Of a DNA stretch of 64,000 nucleotides, positions 17,309-34,054 are shown in pieces. The first letter of the stretch is position 1, and every line of letters starts with the position of its first letter. A program made the position numbers and the translations under genes. The stretch is taken from assembly GCF_009914755.1 (NCBI RefSeq), contig NC_060945.1; one strand, given 5' to 3'. Below the pieces are notes generated by a model, which was not told the DNA's origin, ran no database searches, and saw only the letters and a program-made list of their open reading frames with translations. Source of the DNA: the human T2T-CHM13v2.0 reference genome, Homo sapiens.

Positions 17309-17686
17309 ACATAAAATATGAAATTACATCAAATATATATTATATTAGGTACATAAAATATGAAAGTACATCAAATATAGATTATATACTGTATATTAAA
17401 TACCAAAGTACCCCAAATATATATTTTATACTGTACATGAAATATCAAAGTTCACAAACTATATATTACATACTGTACATAAAATATCAAAGTACCCAAG
17501 GTATATATTCTATACTATATAAAAAATATCAAAGTACCCAAAGCATGTATTATATACTGTACCTAAAATATGAAAGTACATCAAATATATATTTTATTCT
17601 GTACATAAAATATCAAAGTACACCAGATATATATTCTATAGTGTACATAAAATATCAAAGTACCCAAACTATACATTATATACTGT
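17309..17686 (+). repeat. Representative canonical 378-bp 9-mer unit
   Basis: Successive ACATAAAATATGAAATTAC starts at 17309 and 17687. Monomer order as translated tags: m1 EITSNIYYIR, m2 ESTSNIDY, m3 QSTPNIY, m4 QSSQTIY, m5 QSTQGIYS, m6 QSTQSMY, m7 ESTSNIYF, m8 QSTPDIYS, m9 QSTQTIHY. Confidence 0.93.
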
Positions 17687-20600
17687 ACATAAAATATGAA
17701 ATTACATCAAATATATATTATATTAGGTACATAAAATATGAAAGTACATCAAATATAGATTATATACTGTACATAAAATATCAAAGTACCCCAAATATAT
17801 ATTATATACTCTACATGAAATATCAAAGTTCACAAACTATATATTATATACTGTACATAAAATAAAGTCCCCAAGGTATATATTCTATACTGTAGAAAAA
17901 ATATCAAAGTACCCAAAGCATGTATTATATACTGTATATAAAATATGAAAGTACATCAAATATATATTTTATTCTGTACATAATATATCAAAGTACACCA
18001 GATGTATATTCTATAGTGTACATAAAATAACAAAGTACAAAAACTATAAATTATATACTGTACATAAAATATGAAATTACATCAAATATATATTATGTAC
18101 ATAAAATATGAAAGTACATCAAATATAGATTATATACTGTACATAAAATTCCAATGTACCCCAAATATATATTTTATACTCTACATGAAATATCAAAGTT
18201 CACAAACCATATATTATATACTGTACATAAAATATCAAAGTACCCAAGGTATATATTCTATACTGTACAAAAAATATCAAAGTACCCAAAGCATGTATTA
18301 TATACTGTACATAAAATATGAAAGTACATCAAATATATATTTTATTCTGTACATAAAATATCAAAGTACACCAGATATATATTCTATAGTGTACATAAAA
18401 TATCAAAGTAAACAAACTATACATTATATACTGTACATAAAATATGAAATTACATCAAATATATATTATATTAGGTACATAAAATATGAAAGTACATCAA
18501 ATATAGATTATATACTGTACATTAAATACCAAAGTACCCCAAATATATATTATATTCTCTACATGATATATCAAAGTTCACAAACTATATATTATATACT
18601 GTACATAAAATATCAAAGTACCCAAGGTATATATTCTATACTGTACAAAAAATATCAAAGTACCCAAAGCATGTATTATATACTGTACATAAAATATGAA
18701 AGTACATCAAATATATATTTTATTCTGTACATAAAATATCAAAGTACACCAGATATATATTCTATAGTGTACATAAAATAACAAAGTACAAAAACTATAA
18801 ATTATATACTGTACATAAAATATGAAATTACATCAAATATATATTAGGTACATAAAATATGAAAGTACATCAAATATAGATTATATACTGTACATAAAAT
18901 ATCAATGTACCCCAAATATATATTTTATACTCGACATGAAATACCAAAGTTCACAAACCATATATTATATACTGTACATAAAATATCAAAGTACCCAAGG
19001 TATATATTCTATACTGTGCAAAAAATATCAAAGTACCCAAAGCATGTATTATATACTGTACATAAAATATGAAAGTACATCAGATATATATTTTATTCTG
19101 TACATAAAATATCAAAGTACACCAGATATATATTCTATAGTGTACATAAAATATCAAAGTACCCAAACTATACATTATATACTGTACATAAAATATGAAA
19201 TTACATCAAATATATATTATATTAGGTACATAAAATATGAAAGTACATCAAATATAGATTATATACTGTACATAAAATATCAAAGTACCCCAAATATATA
19301 TTATATACTCTACATGAAATATCAAAGTTCACAAGCTATATATTATATACTGTACATAAAATATCAAAGTACCCAAGGTATATATTCTATAATGTACAAA
19401 AAATATCAAAGTACCCAAAGCGTGTATTATATACTGTATATAAAATATAAAATTACATCAAATATATATTTTATTCTGTACATAAAATATCAAAGTACAC
19501 CAGATATATATTCTATAGTGTACATAAAATATCAAAGTACCCAAACTATACATTATATACTGTACATAAAATATGAAATTACATCAAATATATATTATAT
19601 TAGGTACATAAAATATGAAAGTACATCAAATATAGATTATATACTGTACATTAAATACCAAAGTACCCCAAATATATATTTTATACTGTAAATGAAATAT
19701 CAAAGTTCGCAAACTATATATTATATACTGTACATAAAATAAAGTCCCCAAGGTATATATTCTATACTATAGAATAAATATCAAAGTACCCAAAGCATGT
19801 ATTATATACTGTACATAAAATATGATAGTACACCAAATATATATTTTATTCTGTACATAATATATCAAAGTACACCAGATATATATTCTATAGTGTACAT
19901 AAAATAACAAAGTACACAAACTATACATTATATACTGTACATAAAATATGAAATTACATCAAATATATATTAGGTACATAAAATATGAAAGTACATCAAA
20001 TATAGTTTATATACTGTACATAAAATATCAATGTACCCCAAATACATATTTTATACTATACATGAAATATCAAAGTTCACAAACCATATATTGTATACTG
20101 TACATAAAATATCAAAGTACCCAAGGTATATGTTCTATACTGTACAAAAAATATCAAAGTACCCAAAGCATGTATTATATACTGTACATAAAATATGAAA
20201 GTACATCAAATATATATTTTATTCTGTACATAAAATATCAAAGTACACCAGATATATATTCTATAGTGTACATAAAATATCAAAGTACACAAACTATACA
20301 TTATATACTGTACATAAAATATGAAATTACATCAAATATATATTATATAAGGTACATAAAATATGAAAGTACATCAAATATAGATTATATACTGTACATT
20401 AAATACCAAAGAACCCCAAATATATATTATATACTCTACATGAAATATCAAAGTTCACAAACTATATATTATATACTGTACATAAAATATCAAAGTACCC
20501 AAGGTATATATTCTATACTGTACAAAAAATATCAAAGTACCCAAAGCATGTATTATATACTGTACATAAAATATGAAAGTACATCAAATATATATTTTAT

Positions 20601-23600
20601 TCTGTACATAAAATATCAAAGTACACCAGATATATATTCTATAGAGTACATAAAATATCAAAGTACCCAAACTATACATTATATAATGTACATAAAATAT
20701 GAAATTACATCAAATATATATTATATTAGGTACATAAAATATGAAAGTACATCAAATATAGATTATATACTGTACATAAAATATCAAAGTACCCCAAATA
20801 TATATTATATACTCTACATGAAATATCAAAGTTCACAAACTATATATTATATACTGTACATAAAATATCAAAGTACCCAAGGTATATATTCTATAATGTA
20901 CAAAAAATATCAAAGTACCCAAAGCGTGTATTATATACTGTATATAAAATATGAAATTACATCAAATATATATTTTATTCTGTACATAAAATATCAAAGT
21001 ACACCAGATATATATTCTATAGTGTACATAAAATATCAAAATACCCAAACTATACATTATATACTGTACATAAAATATGAAATTACATCAAATATATATT
21101 ATATTAGGTACATAAAATATGAAAGTACATCAAATATAGATTATATACTGTACATTAAATACCAAAGTACCCCAAATATATATTTTATACTGTAAATGAA
21201 ATATCAAAGTTCACAAACTATATATTATATACTGTACATAAAATATCAAAGTACCCAAGGTATATATTCTATACTGTACAAAAAATATCAAAGTACCCAA
21301 AGCATGTATTATATACTGTACCTAAAATATGAAAGTACATCAAATATATATTTTATTCTGTACATAAAATATCAAAGTACACCAGATATATATTCTATAG
21401 TGTACATAAAATATCAAAGTACCCAAACTATACATTATATACTGTACATAAAATATGAAATTACATCAAATATATATTATATTAGGTACATAAAATATGA
21501 AAGTACATCAAATATAGATTATACACTGTACATAAAATATCAAAGTACCCCAAATATATATTATATACTCTACATGAAATATCAAAGTTCACAAACTATA
21601 TATTATATACTGTACATAAAATAAAGTCCCCAAGGTATATATTCTATACTGTAGAAAAAATATCAAAGTACCCAAATCAAGTATTATATACTGTATATAA
21701 AATATGAAAGTACATCAAATATATATTTTATTCTGTACATAATTTATCAAAGTACACCAGATATATATTCTATAGTGTACATAAAATAACAAAGTACAAA
21801 AACTATAAATTATATACTGTACATAAAATATGAAATTACATCAAATATATATTAGGTACATAAAATATGAAAGTACATCAAATATAGATTATATACTGTA
21901 CATAAAATTTCAATGTACCCCAAATATATATTTTATACTCTACATGAAATATCAAAGTTCACAAACCATATATTATATACTGTACATAAAATAACAAAGT
22001 ACCCAAGGTATATATTCTATACTATACAAAAAATATCAAAGTACCCAAAGCATGTATTATATACTGTACCTAAAATATGAAAGTACATCAAATATATATT
22101 TTATTCTGTACATAAAATATCAAAGTACTCCAGATATATATCCTATAGTGTACATAAAATATCAAAGTACCCAAACTATACATTATATACTGTACATAAA
22201 ATATGAAATTACATCAAATATATTTTATATTAGGTACATAAAATATGAAAGTACATCAAATATAGTTTATATACTGTACATTAAATACCAAAGTACCCCA
22301 AATATATATTTTATACTATACATGAAATATCAAAGTTCACAAACTATATATTATATACTGTACATATAATATCAAAGTACCCAAGGTATATATTCTATAC
22401 TGTACAAAAAATAACAAGGTACCAAAAGCATGTATAATATACTGTACATAAAATATGAAAGTACATCAAATATATATTTTATTCTGTACATAAAATATCA
22501 AAGTACACCAGATATATATTCTATAGTGTACATAAAATATCAAAGTACCCAAACTATACATTATATACTGTAAATAAAATATGAAATTACATCAAATATA
22601 TTTTATATTAGGTACATAAAATATGAAAGTACATCAAATATAGATTATATACTGTACATTAAATACCAAAGTACCCCAAATATATATTTTATACTGTACA
22701 TGAAATATCAAAGTTCACAAACTATATATTATATACTGTACATAAATTATCAAAGTACCCAAGGTATATATTCTATACTGTACAAAAAATATCAAAGTAC
22801 CCAAAGCATGTATTATATACTGTACATAAAATATGATAGTACACCAAATATATATTTTATTCTGTACATAATATATCAAAGTACACCAGATATATATTCT
22901 ATAGTGTACATAAAATAACAAAGTACACAAACTATACATTATATACTGTACATAAAATATGAAATTACATCAAATGTATATTAGGTACATAAAATATGAA
23001 AGTACATCAAATATAGATTATATACTGTACATAAAATATCAATGTACCCCAAATATATATTTTATACTATACATGAAATATCAAAGTTCACAAACCATAT
23101 ATTGTGTACTGTACATAAAATATCAAAGTACCCAAGGTATATGTTCTATACTGTACAAAAAATATCAAAGTACCCAAAGCATGTATTATATACTGTACAT
23201 AAAATATGAAAGTACATCAAATATATATTTTATTCCGTACATAAAATATCAAAGTACACCAGATATATATTCTATAGTGTACATAAAATATCAAAGTAAA
23301 CAAACTATACATTATATACTGTACATAAAATATGAAATTACATCAAATATATATTATATAAGGTACATAAAATATGAAAGTACATCAAATATAGATTATA
23401 TACTGTACATTAAATACCAAAGAACCCCAAATATATATTATATACTCTACATGAAATATCAAAGTTCACAAACTATATATTATATACTGTACATAAAATA
23501 TCAAAGTACCCAAGGTATATATTCTATACTGTACAAAAAATATCAAAGTACCCAAAGCATGTATTATATGCTGTATATAAAATATGAAAGTACATCAAAT

Positions 23601-26600
23601 ATATATTTTATTCTGTACATAAAATATCAAAGTACACCAGATATATATTCTATAGTGTACATAAAATAACAAAGTACACAAACTATAAATTATATACTGT
23701 ACATAAAATATGAAATTACATCAAATATATATTAGGTACATAAAATATGAAAGTACATCAAATATAGATTATATACTGTACATAAAATATCAATGTACCC
23801 CAAATATATATTTTATACTCTACATGAAATACCAAAGTTCACAAACCATAAATTATATACTGTACATAAAATAAAGTCCCCAGGGTATATATTCTATACT
23901 GTAGAAAAAATATCAAAGTACCCAAAGCATGTATTATATACTGTATATAAAATATGAAAGTACATCAAATATATATTTTATTCTGTACATAATATATCAA
24001 AGTACACCAGATATATATTCTATAGTGTACATAAAATAACAAAGTACAAAAACTATAAATTATATACTGTACATAAAATATGAAATTACATCAAATATAT
24101 ATTAGGTACATAAAATATGAAAGTACATCAAATATAGATTATATACTGTACATAAAATTTCAATGTACCCCAAATATATATTTTATACTCTACATGAAAT
24201 ATCAAAGTTCACAAACCATATATTATATACTGTACATAAAATATCAAAGTACGCAAGGTATATATTCTATACTATACAAAAAATATCAAAGTACCCAAAG
24301 CATGTATTATATACTGTACCTAAAATATGAAAGTACATCAAATATGTATTTTATTCTGTACATAAAATATCAAAGTACTCCAGATATATATCCTATAGTG
24401 TACATAAAATATCAAAGTACCCAAACTATACATTATATACTGTACATAAAATATGAAATTACATCAAATATATTTTATATTAGGTACATAAAATATGAAA
24501 GTACATCAAATATAGATTATATACTGTACATTAAATACCAAAGTACCCCAAATATATATTTTATACTGTACATGAAATATCAAAGTTCACAAACTATATA
24601 TTATATACTGTACATATAATATCAAAGTACCCAAAGTATATATTCTATTCTGTACAAAAAATAACAAAGAACCAAAAGCATGTATAATATACTGTACATA
24701 AAATATGAAAGTACATCAAATATATATTTTATTCTTTACATAAAATATCAAAGTACACCAGATATATATTCTATATTGTACATAAAATATCAAAGTACCC
24801 AAACTATACATTATATACTGTAAACAAAATATGAAATTACATCAAATATATTTTATATTAGGTACATAAAATATGAAAGTACATCAAATATAGATTATAT
24901 ACTGTACATTAAATACCAAAGTACCCCAAATATATATTTTATACTGTACATGAAATATCAAAGTTCACAAACTATATATTATATACTGTACATAAATTAT
25001 CAAAGTACCCAAGGTATATATTCTATACTGTAGAAAAAATATCAAAGTACCCAAAGCATGTATTATATACTGTACATAAAATATGAAAGTACATCAAATA
25101 TATATTTTATTCTGTACATAATATATCAAAGTACACCAGATATATATTCTATAGTGTACATAAAATAACAAAGTACACAAACTATACATTATATACTGTA
25201 CATAAAATATGAAATTACATCAAATATATATTAGGTACATAAAATATGAAAGTACGTCAAATATAGATTATATACTGTACATAAAATATCAATGTACCCC
25301 AAATATATATTTTATACTATACATGAAATATCAAAGTTCACAAACCATATATTGTATACTGTACATAAAATATCAAAGTACCCAAGGTATATGTTCTATA
25401 CTGTACAAAAAATATCAAAGTACCCAAAGCATGTATTATATACTGTACATAAAATATGAAAGTACATCAAATATATATTTTTTTCCGTACATAAAATATC
25501 AAAGTACACCAGATATATATTCTATAGTGTACATAAAATATCAAAATACACAAACTATACGTTACATACTGTACATAAAATACGAAATTACATCAAATAT
25601 ATATTATATAAGGTACATAAAATATGAAAGTACATCAAATATAGATTATATACTGTACATTAAATACCAAAGAACCCCAAATATATATTATATACTCTAC
25701 ATGATATATCAAAGTTCACAAACTATATATTATATACTGTACATAAAATATCAAAGTATCCAAGGTATATATTCTATACTGTACAAAAAATATCAAAGTA
25801 CCCAAAGCATGTATTATATACTGTATATAAAATATGAAAGTACATCAAATATATATTTTATTCTGTACATAAAATATCAAAGTACACCAGATATATATTC
25901 TATAGTGTACATAAAATAACAAAGTACAAAAACTATAAATTATATACTGTACATAAAATATGAAATTACATCAAATATATATTAGGTACATAAAATATGA
26001 AAGTACATCAAATATAGATTATATACTGTACATAAAATATCAATGTACCCCAAATATATATTTTATACTTGACATGAAATATCAAAGTTCACAAACCATA
26101 TAATATATACTGTACATAAAATATCAAAGTACCCAAGGTATATATTCTATACTGTACAAAAAATATCAAAGTACCCAAAGCATGTATTATATACTGTACA
26201 TAAAATATGAAAGTACATCAAATATATATTTTATTCTGTACATAAAATATCAAAGTACACCAGATATATATTCTATAGTGTACATAAAATATCAAAGTAC
26301 CCAAACTATACATTATATACTGTACATAAAATATGAAATTACATCAAATATATATTATATTAGGTACATAAATTATGAAAGTACATCAAATATAGATTAT
26401 ATACTGTACATTAAATACCAAAGAACCCCAAATATATATTATATACTCTACATGATATATCAAAGTTCACAAACTATATATTATATACTGTACATAAAAT
26501 ATCAAAGTACCCAAGGTATATATTCTATACTGTACAAAAAATATCAAAGCACCCAAAGCATGTATTATATACTGTATATAAAATATGAAAGTACATGAAA

Positions 26601-29600
26601 TATATATTTTATTCTGTACATAAAATATCAAAGTACACCAGATATATATTCTATAGTGTACATAAAATAACAAAGTACAAAAACTATAAATTATATACTG
26701 TACATAAAATATGAAATTACATCAAATATATATTAGGTACATAAAATATGAAAGTACATCAAATATAGATTATATACTGTACATAAAATATCAATGTACC
26801 CCAAATATATATTTTATACTCGACATGAAATATCAAAGTTCACAAACCATATAATATATACTGTACATAAAATATCAAAGTACCCAAGGTATATATTCTA
26901 TACTGTACAAAAAATATCAAAGTACCCAAAGCATGTATTATATACTGTACATAAAATATGAAAGTACATCAAATATATATTTTATTCTGTACATAAAATA
27001 TGAAAGTACACCAGATATATATTCTATAGTGTACATAAAATATCAAAGTACCCAAACTATACATTATATACTGTACATAAAATATGAAGTTACATCAAAT
27101 ATATATTATATTAGGTACATAAAATATGAAAGTACATCAAATATAGATTATATACTGTACATAAAATATCAAAGTACCCCAAATATATATTATATACTCT
27201 ACATGAAATATCAAAGTTCACAAACTATATATTATATACTGTACATAAAATATCAAAGTACCCAAGGTATATATTCTATAATGTACAAAAAATATCAAAG
27301 TACCCAAAGCGTGTATTATATACTGTATATAAAATATGAAATTACATCAAATATATATTTTATTCTGTACATAAAATATCAAAGTACACCAGATATATAT
27401 TCTATAGTGTACATAAAATATAAAAGTACCCAAACTATACATTATATACTTTACATAAAATATGAAATTACATCAAATATATATTATATTAGGTACATAA
27501 AATATGAAAGTACATCAAATATAGATTATACACTGTACATAAAATATCAAAGTACCACAAATATATATTATATACTCTACATGAAATATCAAAGTTCACA
27601 AACTATATATTATATACTGTACATAAAATAAATTCCCCAAGGTATATATTCTATACTGTAGAAAAAATATCAAAGTACCCAAAGCATGTATTATATACTG
27701 TATATAAAATATGAAAGTACATCAAATATATATTTTATTCTGTACATAATATATCAAAGTACACCAGATATATATTCTATAGTGTACATAAAATAACAAA
27801 GTACAAAAACTATAAATTATATACTGTACATAAAATATGAAATTACATCAAATATATATTAGGTACATAAAATATGAAAGTACATCAAATATAGGTTATA
27901 TACTGTACATAAAATTTCAATGTACCCCAAATATATATTTTATACTCTACATGAAATATCAAAGTTCACAAACCATATATTATATACTGTACATAAAATA
28001 TCAAAGTACGCAAGGTATATATTCTATACTATACAAAAAATATCAAAGTACCCAAAGCATGTATTATATACTGTACCTAAAATATGAAAGTACATCAAAT
28101 ATGTATTTTATTCTGTACATAAAATATCAAAGTACTCCAGATATATATCCTATAGTGTACATAAAATATCAAAGTACCCAAACTATACATTATATACTGT
28201 ACATAAAATATGAAATTACATCAAATATATTTTATATTAGGTACATAAAATATGAAAGTACATCAAATATAGATTATATACTGTACATTAAATACCAAAG
28301 TACCCCAAATATATATTTTATACTGTACATGAAATATCAAAGTTCACAAACTATATATTATATACTGTACATATAATATCAAAGTACCCAAAGTATATAT
28401 TCTATACTGTACAAAAAATAACAAAGAACCAAAAGCATGTATAATATACTGTACATAAAATATGAAAGTACATCAAATATATATTTTATTCTTTACATAA
28501 AATATCAAAGTACACCAGATATATATTCTATATTGTACATAAAATATCAAAGTACCCAAACTATACATTATATACTGTAAACAAAATATGAAATTACATC
28601 AAATATATTTTATATTAGGTACATAAAATATGAAAGTACATCAAATATAGATTATATACTGTACATTAAATACCAAAGTACCCCAAATATATATTTTATA
28701 CTGTACATGAAATATCAAAGTTCACAAACTATATATTATATACTGTACATAAATTATCAAAGTACCCAAGGTATATATTCTATACTGTAGAAAAAATATC
28801 AAAGTACCCAAAGCATGTATTATATACTGTACATAAAATATGAAAGTACATCAAATATATATTTTATTCTGTACATAATATATCAAAGTACACCAGATAT
28901 ATATTCTATAGTGTACATAAAATAACAAAGTACACAAACTATACATTATATACTGTACATAAAATATGAAATTACATCAAATATATATTAGGTACATAAA
29001 ATATGAAAGTACATCAAATATAGATTATATACTGTACATAAAATATCAATGTACCCCAAATATATATTTTATACTTGACATGAAATATCAAAGTTCACAA
29101 ACCATATAATATATACTGTACATAAAATATCAAAGTACCCAAGGTATATATTCTATACTGTACAAAAAATATCAAAGTACCCAAAGCATGTATTATATAC
29201 TGTACATAAAATATGAAAGTACATCAAATATATATTTTATTCTGTACATAAAATATCAAAGTACACCAGATATATATTCTATAGTGTACATAAAATATCA
29301 AAGTACCCAAACTATACATTATATACTGTACATAAAATATGAAATTACATCAAATATATATTATATTAGGTACATAAATTATGAAAGTACATCAAATATA
29401 GATTATATACTGTACATTAAATACCAAAGAACCCCAAATATATATTATATACTCTACATGATATATCAAAGTTCACAAACTATATATTATATACTGTACA
29501 TAAAATATCAAAGTACCCAAGGTATATATTCTATACTGTACAAAAAATATCAAAGCACCCAAAGCATGTATTATATACTGTATATAAAATATGAAAGTAC

Positions 29601-30836
29601 ATGAAATATATATTTTATTCTATACATAAAATATCAAAGTACACCAGATATATATTCTATAGTGTACATAAAATAACAAAGTACAAAAACTATAAATTAT
29701 ATACTGTACATAAAATATGAAATTACATCAAATATATATTAGGTACATAAAATATGAAAGTACATCAAATATAGATTATATACTGTACATAAAATATCAA
29801 TGTACCCCAAATATATATTTTATACTCGACATGAAATATCAAAGTTCACAAACCATATAATATATACTGTACATAAAATATCAAAGTACCCAAGGTATAT
29901 ATTCTATACTGTACAAAAAATATCAAAGTACCCAAAGCATGTATTATATACTGTACATAAAATATGAAAGTACATCAAATATATATTTTATTCTGTACAT
30001 AAAATATCAAAGTACACCAGATATATATTCTATAGTGTACATAAAATATCAAAGTACCCAAACTATACATTATATACTGTACATAAAATATGAAATTACA
30101 TCAAATATATATTATATTTGGTACATAAAATATGAAAGTACATCAAATATAGATTATATACTGTACATTAAATACCAAAGTACCCCAAATATATATTTTA
30201 TACTGTACATGAAATATCAAAGTTCACAAACTATATATTATATACTGTATATATAATATCAAAGTACCCAAGGTATATATTCTATACTGCACAAAAAATA
30301 TCAAAGTACCCAAAGCATGTATTATATACAGTACATAAAATATGAAAGTACATCAAATATATATTTTATTCTGTACATAAAATATCACAGTACACCAGAT
30401 ATATATTCTATAGTGTACATAAAATATAAAAGTACCCAAACTATACATTATATACTGTACATAAAATATGTAATTACATCAAATATATATTATATTAGGT
30501 ACATAAAATATGAAAGTACATCAAATATAGATTATATACTGTACATTAAATACCAAAGTACCCCTAATATATATTTTATACTGTACATGAAATATCAAAG
30601 TTCACAAACTATATATTATATACTGTACATAAAATATCAAAGTACCCAAGTTATATATTCTATACTGTACAAAAAATATCAAAGTACCCAAAGCATGTAT
30701 TATATACTGTACCTAAAATATGAAAGTACATCAAATATATATTTTATTCTGTACATAAAATATCAAAGTACACCAGATATATATTCTATAGTGTACATAA
30801 AATATCAAAGTACCCAAACTATACATTATATGCTGT

Positions 30837-31337
30837 ACATAAAATATGAAATTACATCAAATATATATTATATTAGGTACATAAAATATGAAAGTACATC
30901 AAATATAGATTATACACTGTACATAAAATATCAAAGTACCCCAAATTTATATTGTATACTCTACATGAAATATCAAAGTTCACAAACTATATATTATATA
31001 CTGTACATAAAATAAAGTCCTCAAGGTATATATTCTATACTGTAGAAAAAATATCAAAGTACCCAAAGCATGTATTATATACTGTATATAAAATATGAAA
31101 GTACATCAAATATATATTTTATTCTGTACATAATATATCAAAGTACACCAGATATATATTCTATAGCGTACATAAAATAACAAAGTACAAAAACTATAAA
31201 TTATATACTGTACATAAAATATGAAAGTACATCAAATATATATTTTATTCTGTACATAAAATATCAAAGTACACCAGATATATATTCTATAGTGTACATA
31301 AAATATCAAAGTACCCAAACTATACATTATATACTGT
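30837..31337 (+). repeat. Irregular 501-bp 12-mer unit (m7-m8-m9 twice)
   Basis: m1 ATG 30846 to 31347 = 375+126. At ~31211 m9 is followed by m7 rather than m1. Confidence 0.85.
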
Positions 31338-33690
31338 ACATAAAATATGAAATTACATCAAATATATATTATATTAGGTACATAAAATATGAAAGTACAT
31401 CAAATATAGATTATATACTGTACATTAAATACCAAAGAACCCCAAATATATATTATATACTCTACATGATATATCAAAGTTCACAAACTATATATTATAT
31501 ACTGTACATAAAATATCAAAGTACCCAAAGTATATATTCTATACTGTACAAAAAATATCAAAGTACCCAAAGCATGTATTATATACTGTACATAAAATAT
31601 GAAAGTACATCAAATATATATTTTATTCTGTACATAAAATATCAAAGTACACCAGATATATATTCTATAGTGTACATAAAATAACAAAGTACAAAAACTA
31701 TAAATTATATACTGCACATAAAATATGAAATTACATCAAATATATATTAGGTACATAAAATATGAAAGTACATCAAATATAGATTATATACTGTACATAA
31801 AATATCAATGTACCCCAAATATATATTTTATACTCTACATGAAATACCAAAGTTCACAAACCATATATTATGTACTGTACATAAAATATCAAAGTACCCA
31901 AGGTATATATTCTATACTGTGCAAAAAATATCAAAGTACCCAAAGCATGTATTATATACTGTACATAAAATATGAAAGTACATCAAATATATATTTTATT
32001 CTGTACATAAAATATCAAAGTACACCAGATATATATTCTATAGTGTACATAAAATATCAAAGTACCCAAACTATACATTATATACTGTACATAAAATATG
32101 AAATTACATCAAATATATATTATATTAGGTACATAAAATATGAAAGTACATCAAATATAGATTATATACTATACATAAAATATCAAAGTACCCCAAATAT
32201 ATATTATATACTCTACATGAAATATCAAAGTTCACAAGCTATATATTATATACTGTACATAAAATATCAAAGTACCCAAGGTATATATTCTATAATGTAC
32301 AAAAAATATCAAAGTACCCAAAGCGTGTATTATATACTGTATATAAAATATAAAATTACATCAAATATATATTTTATTCTGTACATAAAATATCAAAGTA
32401 CACCAGATATATATTCTATAGTGTACATAAAATATCAAAGTACCCAAACTATACATTATATACTGTACATAAAATATGAAATTACATCAAATATATATTA
32501 TATTAGGTACATAAAATATGAAAGTACATCAAATATAGATTATATACTGTACATTAAATACCAAAGAACCCCAAATATATATTATATACTCTACATGATA
32601 TATCAAAGTTCACAAACTATATATTATGTACTGTACATAAAATATCAAAGTACCCAAGGTATATATTCTATACTGTACAAAAAATATCAAAGTACCCAAA
32701 GCATGTATTATATACTGTACATAAAATATGAAAGTACATCAAATATATATTTTATTCTGTACATAAAATATCAAAGTACACCAGATATATATTCTATAGT
32801 GTACATAAAATAACAAAGTACAAAAACTATAAATTATATACTGCACATAAAATATGAAATTACATCAAATATATATTAGGTACATAAAATATGAAAGTAC
32901 ATCAAATATAGATTATATACTGTACATAAAATATCAATGTACCCCAAATATATATTTTATACTCTACATGAAATACCAAAGTTCACAAACCATATATTAT
33001 ATACTGTACATAAAATATCAAAGTACCCAAGGTATATATTCTATACCGTGCAAAAAATATCAAAGTACCCAAAGCATGTATTATATACTGTACATAAAAT
33101 ATGAAAGTACATCAAATATATATTTTATTCTGTACATAAAATATCAAAGTACACCAGATATATATTCTATAGTGTACATAAAATATCAAAGTACCCAAAC
33201 TATACATTATATACTGTACATAAAATATGAAATTACATCAAATATATATTATATTAGGTACATAAAATATGAAAGTACATCAAATATAGATTATATACTG
33301 TACATAAAATATCAAAGTACCCCAAATATATATTATATACTCTACATGAAATATCAAAGTTCACAAGCTATATATTATATACTGTACATAAAATATCAAA
33401 GTACCCAAGGTATATATTCTATAATGTACAAAAAATATCAAAGTACCCAAAGCGTGTATTATATACTGTATATAAAATATAAAATTACATCAAATATATA
33501 TTTTATTCTGTACATAAAATATCAAAGTACACCAGATATATATTCTATAGTGTACATAAAATATCAAAGTACCCAAACTATACATTATATACTGTACATA
33601 AAATATGAAATTACATCAAATATATATTATATTAGGTACATAAAATATGAAAGTACATCAAATATAGATTATATACTGTACATTAAATAC
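31300..33690 (+). repeat. Tandem duplication, 1129-bp period (373+378+378); boundaries approximate
   Basis: ORF starts 31725 and 32854. Shared rare variants CTGCACATA (31712/32841), GAAATACC, GTGCAAAAAA, CAAGCTATA and TATAAAATTAC. Confidence 0.8.
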
Positions 33691-34054
33691 CAAAGTACCC
33701 CAAATATATATTTTATACTGTAAATGAAATATCAAAGTTCACAAACTATATATTATATACTGTACATAAAATATCAAAGTACCCCAAATATATATTATAT
33801 ACTCTACATGAAATATCAAAGTTCACAAACTATATATTATATACTGTACATAAAATAAAGTCCCCAAGGTATATATTCTATACTGTAGAAAAAATATCAA
33901 AGTACCCAAAGCAAGTTTTATATACTGTATATAAAATATGAAAGTACATCAAATATATATTTTATTCTGTACATAATTTATCAAAGTACACCATATATAT
34001 ATTCTATAGTGTACATAAAATAACAAAGTACAAAAACTATAAATTATATACTGC
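33596..34054 (+). repeat. Irregular 459-bp 11-mer unit (m3-m4 twice)
   Basis: m1 ATG 33605 to 34064 = 375+84. At ~33770 m4 is followed by m3. Confidence 0.85.

Noticed and set aside
30460-30480. Small palindromes/hairpins (TGTACA; TACATA-AAA-TATGTA in the GTAATT variant)
   Set aside because: The stems are 6 bp or less and AT-rich, so unlikely to be stable and expected by chance.
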